Below, piece by piece: positions 59,103 to 64,000 of a DNA stretch of 64,000 nt; position 1 is the first letter of the stretch, and every line of letters starts with the position of its first letter. A model generated the notes under the pieces. That model had not been told where the DNA came from, did no database searches, and saw nothing but the letters and a program-made list of their open reading frames with translations. Where the stretch lies: NCBI RefSeq assembly GCF_001457815.1, contig NZ_LN898221.1, forward strand, positions 778,033 through 842,032, written 5' to 3'. The position numbers were made by a program, and so were the translations under genes. The stretch comes from Vitreoscilla massiliensis. GTDB taxonomy: Bacteria; Pseudomonadota; Gammaproteobacteria; Burkholderiales; Neisseriaceae.

Positions 59103-60368
59103 TTAAGCGGTGGCCTTGCCTATCTTCATTTGTGTCAATGCCATGGCGGCGATGCACAAGATGGCAGTCAGAGCGACGATGGCGAGCCAACCGCCGTTAA
59201 TCCAAAACCAGCCGCCTATCGAGCCTATGCTGCTGGAGCCCAAATAGTAAAACAGCAAATACAAGGAAGAAGCGTGGCCTTTGGTGGTTTTGGCTTCGGC
59301 GCCAACCAAGCTGCTGGCAATAGAATGGGTGACAAAGAAGCCAAACGTTACCATGGCGATGCCGACGATGATGGCGGGCAAATTGCTCATTAAGGTAATC
59401 AACACGCCCAGCAACATCAACACAAAACCAAACATCAATATTTGTTTTTGGCCAAAGCGCTTGCCCATGCTGCCGGCGGTAGACGACGCCACCATGCCGA
59501 TGTTGTAACACAAGAACAGCCATGAGATTTGCGTAGGACTCAGGGCAAACGGCTCGCCCGACAAGCGGAAAGTCATGTAATTAAACGTGGTGACAAAAAT
59601 ACTGCACAATAAGAAACCCAAACCATACAGCGTTAACAAGCGACGGTTTTGAAGGTGTTGTCCCCATGCGCGCAGATGAAACGACATTTGAAAGTGTTTT
59701 TGGGCGACAAAGTTTTGCGAGGCTGGCAACAAGACCAAGAAGCCCAAACTTGAAGCCAAGCACAATACGCCCAAGGTCAACATCGCGGTTTGCCATGAGA
59801 AATACTCCAGCAACATGCCCATGCCAACACGGCCCATCATGCCGCCGAAGGCATTACCGGCAATCAATACCCCCATTGCCTTGCCCAAATCATCGGGATG
59901 GATTTCTTCCGCCACCCAAGCCATGGCCACGGCAGGCACGCCACCCAATACAAAACCTTCTAAGGCGCGGATGACGATTAAAGTATTCCAATCGTGGGTC
60001 AAGGCGGTGGCGATGTTCAAAATCGAGGCGATGAACATGGACACAAACATCAATTTCTTGCGCCCCAATACCTGTGAAAACGCGCTTGATAACACGATGG
60101 ACACGGCCAAAAAACCAGTGGTCAACGATAAAGCCAGCGCGCTGTTGGCAGGGCTGATGTTGAAACTGCTGGTGAATTGTGGCAACAGCGGTTGCACACA
60201 GTAAATCATTGAAAAGCTGGCAAAGCCAAGCAAGAACAAGGCGATGCGCGCCTTGGTGTAAGTCGGGGTACCGATGCGTGTCCATTTGGGTGCGGCTATG
60301 CTGCCCGTGGTTTGGTTTAAGGTTTTGCGGTCGGCAGCGCCGACGGTGGTAGAAGCCATTTTAAACAT
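59103..60368 (-). CDS. MFS transporter
   Basis: 421 aa, 12 transmembrane helices, divergent from a LysR regulator. Confidence 0.8.
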   Translation of the reverse strand: MFKMASTTVGAADRKTLNQTTGSIAAPKWTRIGTPTYTKARIALFLLGFASFSMIYCVQPLLPQFTSSFNISPANSALALSLTTGFLAVSIVLSSAFSQVLGRKKLMFVSMFIASILNIATALTHDWNTLIVIRALEGFVLGGVPAVAMAWVAEEIHPDDLGKAMGVLIAGNAFGGMMGRVGMGMLLEYFSWQTAMLTLGVLCLASSLGFLVLLPASQNFVAQKHFQMSFHLRAWGQHLQNRRLLTLYGLGFLLCSIFVTTFNYMTFRLSGEPFALSPTQISWLFLCYNIGMVASSTAGSMGKRFGQKQILMFGFVLMLLGVLITLMSNLPAIIVGIAMVTFGFFVTHSIASSLVGAEAKTTKGHASSLYLLFYYLGSSSIGSIGGWFWINGGWLAIVALTAILCIAAMALTQMKIGKATA

Positions 60369-60481
60369 CCGAATGCCGCAACAAGCGGCCTATCAACATG
60401 GTGTTTACGATAGCAATTCGGGTGATATATGTCTAATATATAGATATTGAATAGTTGATACTTTTTATATATAGGACTCAA

Positions 60482-61387
60482 ATGGAATTGCGACACATAC
60501 GCTATTTTTTGGTGGTGGCAGAGGAACAAAACTTCACCCGCGCTGCTGCCCGTTTGGGCATCAGCCAGCCGCCGCTGTCGATGCAAATCAAGCAATTAGA
60601 GCAGGAAATAGGCGCGGAATTGTTTTACCGCACCACCAATGGCGCCGAGCTCACCGCCGCCGGCAGCGCGTTTTATCAAGCGGTGAAACCGATAGAGCAG
60701 CGTTTACAGGCCGCTGTGACCACCACCCAAGAAGTCGCCAATGGCTCGCTCGGTACGCTGCGCTTGGGCTATACCGGCACGGCCATGCTCCATCCCTTGC
60801 TGCGGCGGGTGATACGTTTGTTTCAGCAACAATACCCCAACATCCAATTGCAATTATCGGAAGCCAATTCCTTGATTTTAATGGAGCGTTTGCAACGCGA
60901 TGAGCTCGACATCGCCGTGGTGCGCCCGCCGCAAACCACCCCGCCCGATTTGAACATGCAAATCTTGCTCACCGAAATCATGGTGGCCGCGCTACCGACC
61001 GAACACCCTTGCCAAGCGATGACGGAAATTCCCCTGGGTTTGCTGCAACACGACATGTTCATTGTCTCCCCCGCCACCGTCAGCTCAGGGCTGTTTGATG
61101 CCATACGCGAAGCCTGTTTTGCGCATGGCTTTGAACCGAAGATGTGGCAAAATGCCCCGCAAATCGTGTCCATCTTGTCGCTGGTGGCGGCCAATTTGGG
61201 CGTGACTTTGGTGCCAGAATCGGCAAAGCAATTGCAAATCAGCGGCTTGCGCTACCGCAGCATCAGCGCGCCGACGCCGACCGTCGACATGGCCTTGGCC
61301 TATCCCAAGCTCACCCATTCACAAGCGGCGATTAATTTTTCCAGTTTGATACATACCCTATTAAAGCGGCCTGTAAACCCTGATTGA
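60482..61387 (+). CDS. LysR-family transcriptional regulator
   Basis: HTH (IRYFLVVAEEQNFTRAAARLGISQPPLS). The C-terminal residues LKRPVNPD are encoded by an embedded uptake motif. Confidence 0.85.
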   Translation: MELRHIRYFLVVAEEQNFTRAAARLGISQPPLSMQIKQLEQEIGAELFYRTTNGAELTAAGSAFYQAVKPIEQRLQAAVTTTQEVANGSLGTLRLGYTGTAMLHPLLRRVIRLFQQQYPNIQLQLSEANSLILMERLQRDELDIAVVRPPQTTPPDLNMQILLTEIMVAALPTEHPCQAMTEIPLGLLQHDMFIVSPATVSSGLFDAIREACFAHGFEPKMWQNAPQIVSILSLVAANLGVTLVPESAKQLQISGLRYRSISAPTPTVDMALAYPKLTHSQAAINFSSLIHTLLKRPVNPD

Positions 61388-61526
61388 GTCGCTGCTATTG
61401 GCTCACAAAACAAACAGATACCGCACATGACAGCCGTGCCACGAGACTCGGCCCATGCATGCTGCAACACAGTATTGCCATTTTTGGGGCTACAAATCTT
61501 GCAACCAAGCGCGTATAGTGGTCGCC

Positions 61527-61700
61527 ATCTTCAGGGCGGGGTGTAATTCCCCACCGGTGGTAAGCCTCACAGCAAGCCCACGAGCCTTTATGGCAGATTT
61601 GGTGTAAATCCAAAGCCGACGGTCACAGTCCGGATGAAAGAAGACACACAACAGGCTTTTTGCGTGCGCAAAAAGTCTCGCTGTGCATTTCTTGGCTCTG
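61527..61700 (+). promoter_or_regulatory. FMN riboswitch (RFN element) with downstream expression-platform hairpin, upstream of ribB
   Basis: CTTCAGGGCGGGGTGTAATTCCCCACCGGTGGTAAGCC...GGTGTAAATCCAAAGCCGACGGTCACAGTCCGGATGAAAGAAG, then GGCTTTTTGCG/CGCAAAAAGTC. Confidence 0.8.
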
Positions 61701-61732
61701 AAATGTTTTTTCAACTTAACGAAAGCATTTCA

Positions 61733-62416
61733 ATGACTGATTTGTATCAAAACGCCTCAGCACACGCTGTTGCCAACCCTAACCAACACACCATTCCCAC
61801 CCACATGCCCGCAGCCATCGCGCGCGCCATCGCCGCCATACAAGCTGGCACACCGGTGATTTTGCTCGACGACCACGACCGCGAAGACGAAGCCGATTTG
61901 ATCATTGCCGCCGAAACCTTAAGCGTGCCAGTGATGGCGCAAATGATACGCGACGGCAGCGGCATTGTTTGTTTGTGCCTGAGCAATGCCCTCGCCGACC
62001 ATTTGGCCTTGGCTCCGATGGTGGCAGACAACCACAGCCGTTTCAGCACCGCGTTTACCGTGTCCATAGAGGCCAAAACCGGCGTCACCACCGATGTATC
62101 GGCGCAAGACCGCGTCACCACCATCCAAGCGGCCATCGCCGCCGATGCCAAGCGCGGCGATGTGGTCAGCCCCGGCCATGTGTTCCCACTGCGCGCCCGC
62201 GATGGCGGCGTGTTAGAACGCGGCGGCCACACCGAAGGCTCGGTGGATTTGGCGCTGTTGGCAGGTTTTCCCGCCGCGGCGGTATTGTGCGAATTGATGA
62301 ACCCAGACGGCACCATGATGCGCGGCGCGCAATTGCACGCTTATGCCCAAGCGCACCAATTGCCTATGCTCAGCATCGCCGAGTTAAAACAATACCGATT
62401 GCGCAGTCGCAATTAG
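61733..62416 (+). CDS. ribB: 3,4-dihydroxy-2-butanone 4-phosphate synthase
   Basis: [15 protein letters not shown]... colinear with RibB. Start chosen by homology at the MTDLYQN methionine. Confidence 0.85.
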   Translation: MTDLYQNASAHAVANPNQHTIPTHMPAAIARAIAAIQAGTPVILLDDHDREDEADLIIAAETLSVPVMAQMIRDGSGIVCLCLSNALADHLALAPMVADNHSRFSTAFTVSIEAKTGVTTDVSAQDRVTTIQAAIAADAKRGDVVSPGHVFPLRARDGGVLERGGHTEGSVDLALLAGFPAAAVLCELMNPDGTMMRGAQLHAYAQAHQLPMLSIAELKQYRLRSRN

Positions 62417-62481
62417 GCTGAACGTAAGCCATTGCGGATGTTTAAGGCTGTATTGTTGTTTTAGATGCTCGCCTTAATAGC

Positions 62482-62521
62482 AAGCGGCCTGTAAACCCTT
62501 GTTTAGGTTTACAGGCCGCTT
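62482..62521. terminator. Inverted uptake-motif pair, bidirectional
   Basis: CAAGCGGCCTGTAAACCCTTGTTTAGGTTTACAGGCCGCTT. Confidence 0.65.
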
Positions 62522-62541
62522 GTATGTTTCTATGACAACTA

Positions 62542-62832
62542 TCAGGCTTGCACAGGCTCGCGCTGCTTGAGTTTGGCATCAAACACAAACGGGCCAAACG
62601 GCAAAATGGCCGCCAACAAACCCATCACAAACACCGATAACGGCCATTTGTTGACATGGCAGCTGACAAACAACACCACCAAAAACAGCAAGAACAACAC
62701 CCCATGCGCCATGCCCATAGGCGGTATCAAGCTGGCATTTTCAAACACATATTTCATCGGCATCGCCACAAACAGCAATAACAAAAACGAAATGCCTTCC
62801 AAAAAACCGACCACGCGCAATAATTTATGCAT
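62542..62832 (-). CDS. Small membrane protein (DUF3817-like)
   Basis: 96 aa, three transmembrane helices. Confidence 0.45.
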   Translation of the reverse strand: MHKLLRVVGFLEGISFLLLLFVAMPMKYVFENASLIPPMGMAHGVLFLLFLVVLFVSCHVNKWPLSVFVMGLLAAILPFGPFVFDAKLKQREPVQA

Positions 62833-63142
62833 ATTTCATTCCCAGCAAGTCCAAATTAAGTCCATGATTATAGTTGATAATAGATTTAAATGCCGTTTAA
62901 ATTCAACAAATGCCGCGATATTTCATGTTTTTCATCATCAAAACACACAGTGTGCCATGCCTAAGAAGCATGTACCGACTTGAAACATGACAACAAACAT
63001 AGACGACACGCAGACAGCCACACACATGAACCATGTTTAAGAAACCGCTACTGTTCTGATGGCAAATGCGCACTAAGGCAGCAAAGACCACATGATGTGT
63101 TGCCCATACCGCACAGACATTTGCACAGCTGCACACATAACC

Positions 63143-63182
63143 AAGCGGCCTGTAAACCTCTAACAGTGTTTACAGGCCGCTT
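63143..63182. terminator. Inverted uptake-motif pair after nadC
   Basis: CAAGCGGCCTGTAAACCTCTAACAGTGTTTACAGGCCGCTT. Confidence 0.65.
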
Positions 63183-63194
63183 GTTACAAGCCAA

Positions 63195-64000
63195 TCAGTC
63201 CAAATAATCCATGCCTATGTCCAAATAGCGGGCGCTGTGGGTGACATAGCCCATGGCCAAGAAGTCGACACCGGTTTCGGCAACGATGACGGCGGTGTCA
63301 GGATTGAGGCCACCTGAGGCTTCGGTTTGGCACTGACCTTGGCACATGTCCACGGCGGTGCGCAAATCTTCGACGCTCATATTGTCGAGCAAGACCAAGG
63401 ACACGCCTTCTTGCAATACTTTTTCCAATTGGCGCAAATTGTCGACCTCGATTTCAATCGGTATCAAATGGCCGGCATAGGCCTTGGCTTGTTGGATGAC
63501 CGCGCTCAAATCGCCACCAGCCAAGGCGATGTGGTTGTCTTTGATTAAGATGGCATCGTCCAAGCCCAAACGGTGGTTGCGGCCGCCGCCCACGCGCACG
63601 GCAAATTTTTGCAACACCCGCAACCCCGGCATGGTTTTGCGTGTGCACGTCACTTGCGCTTGGGTGTAAGCAATGCTGGCTTGGATTTGCTGGGTGGTGG
63701 TGGCGATGCCGCTTAAATGGGTGAGGAAATTCAAGGCGGTGCGCTCGGCCGATAAAATGGCGCGGGCATTGCCTTGGACGGTGGCAATGATGTCACCGCG
63801 TTGCAACACATCGCCATCATTGACCTTGGTTTCAAACGCCAAACCCACGCCCATCGCTTCAAAACTCAAGCGCGCCAAATCTATGCCGCAGAGTACGCCT
63901 TGTTCGCGCGCGACGATGTGCAATTGGCAGGTCTGCGCGGCGGCAATGACGGCTTCCGACGTCACATCGGCGCGACGCCCCAAATCTTCCAACAATGCGG
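63195..64000 (-). CDS. nadC: Nicotinate-nucleotide pyrophosphorylase (quinolinate phosphoribosyltransferase). N-terminus lies beyond the window edge
   Basis: Colinear with NadC from about residue 25 onward (ERTALNFL..SGIAT, GGGRNHRLGLDDAILIKDNH). Confidence 0.85.
   Translation of the reverse strand, partial: ALLEDLGRRADVTSEAVIAAAQTCQLHIVAREQGVLCGIDLARLSFEAMGVGLAFETKVNDGDVLQRGDIIATVQGNARAILSAERTALNFLTHLSGIATTTQQIQASIAYTQAQVTCTRKTMPGLRVLQKFAVRVGGGRNHRLGLDDAILIKDNHIALAGGDLSAVIQQAKAYAGHLIPIEIEVDNLRQLEKVLQEGVSLVLLDNMSVEDLRTAVDMCQGQCQTEASGGLNPDTAVIVAETGVDFLAMGYVTHSARYLDIGMDYLD

Overview
This looks like a chromosomal segment from a Gram-negative, most likely a betaproteobacterium of the Neisseriaceae type. 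It is moderately GC-rich, dense with housekeeping genes, and carries a stand-alone PhaB-type acetoacetyl-CoA reductase. The recognisable core genes are apaG-pgpA-thiL, purC, an asmA-family gene, miaA, aroC, trpE, trmA, trxC, tRNA-Leu(CAG), rnr, thiC with a TPP riboswitch, a yeiE/yeiH-like divergent pair, ychJ, a D-Ala-D-Ala dipeptidase/permease/RpiR cluster, a macA-macB-outer-membrane-factor efflux operon, ybaK, a nitronate monooxygenase, nrdA-nrdB-yfaE with NrdR boxes, ribB with an FMN riboswitch, and a partial nadC. The most striking global signal is a single over-represented motif, 5'-AAGCGGCCTGTAAA-3' and its reverse complement TTTACAGGCCGCTT. By eye it occurs about once per kb on both strands. 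It very often sits as an inverted pair that forms the transcription terminator, and it is sometimes read through inside coding sequence, where it encodes -KRPVN-. This behaves exactly like a Neisseriaceae DNA uptake sequence but with a sequence I do not recognise as a described dialect. Against this background there are several small low-GC accessory insertions. The first is a Ras-like small GTPase plus Roadblock/LC7 (MglA/MglB-like) module with an unknown, apparently frameshifted partner gene (23.9-25.9 kb). The second is an AT-rich two-gene module downstream of yfaE that encodes an unknown protein and an HTH-XRE/ImmA-IrrE (COG2856) metallopeptidase fusion (54.3-56.1 kb); it is closed by a degenerate copy of the uptake-like motif. 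The third is a tandem pair of paralogous membrane proteins followed by a stand-alone sensor globin (56.6-59.0 kb). There are also two abutting aberrant tRNA-like elements beside an orphan GT8 glycosyltransferase (33.1-34.5 kb), a VIT-domain protein with a truncated vWA domain, and a strong orphan promoter in an 0.8 kb AT-rich gap that may drive a small RNA. No CRISPR array, rRNA, integrase or transposase was seen.
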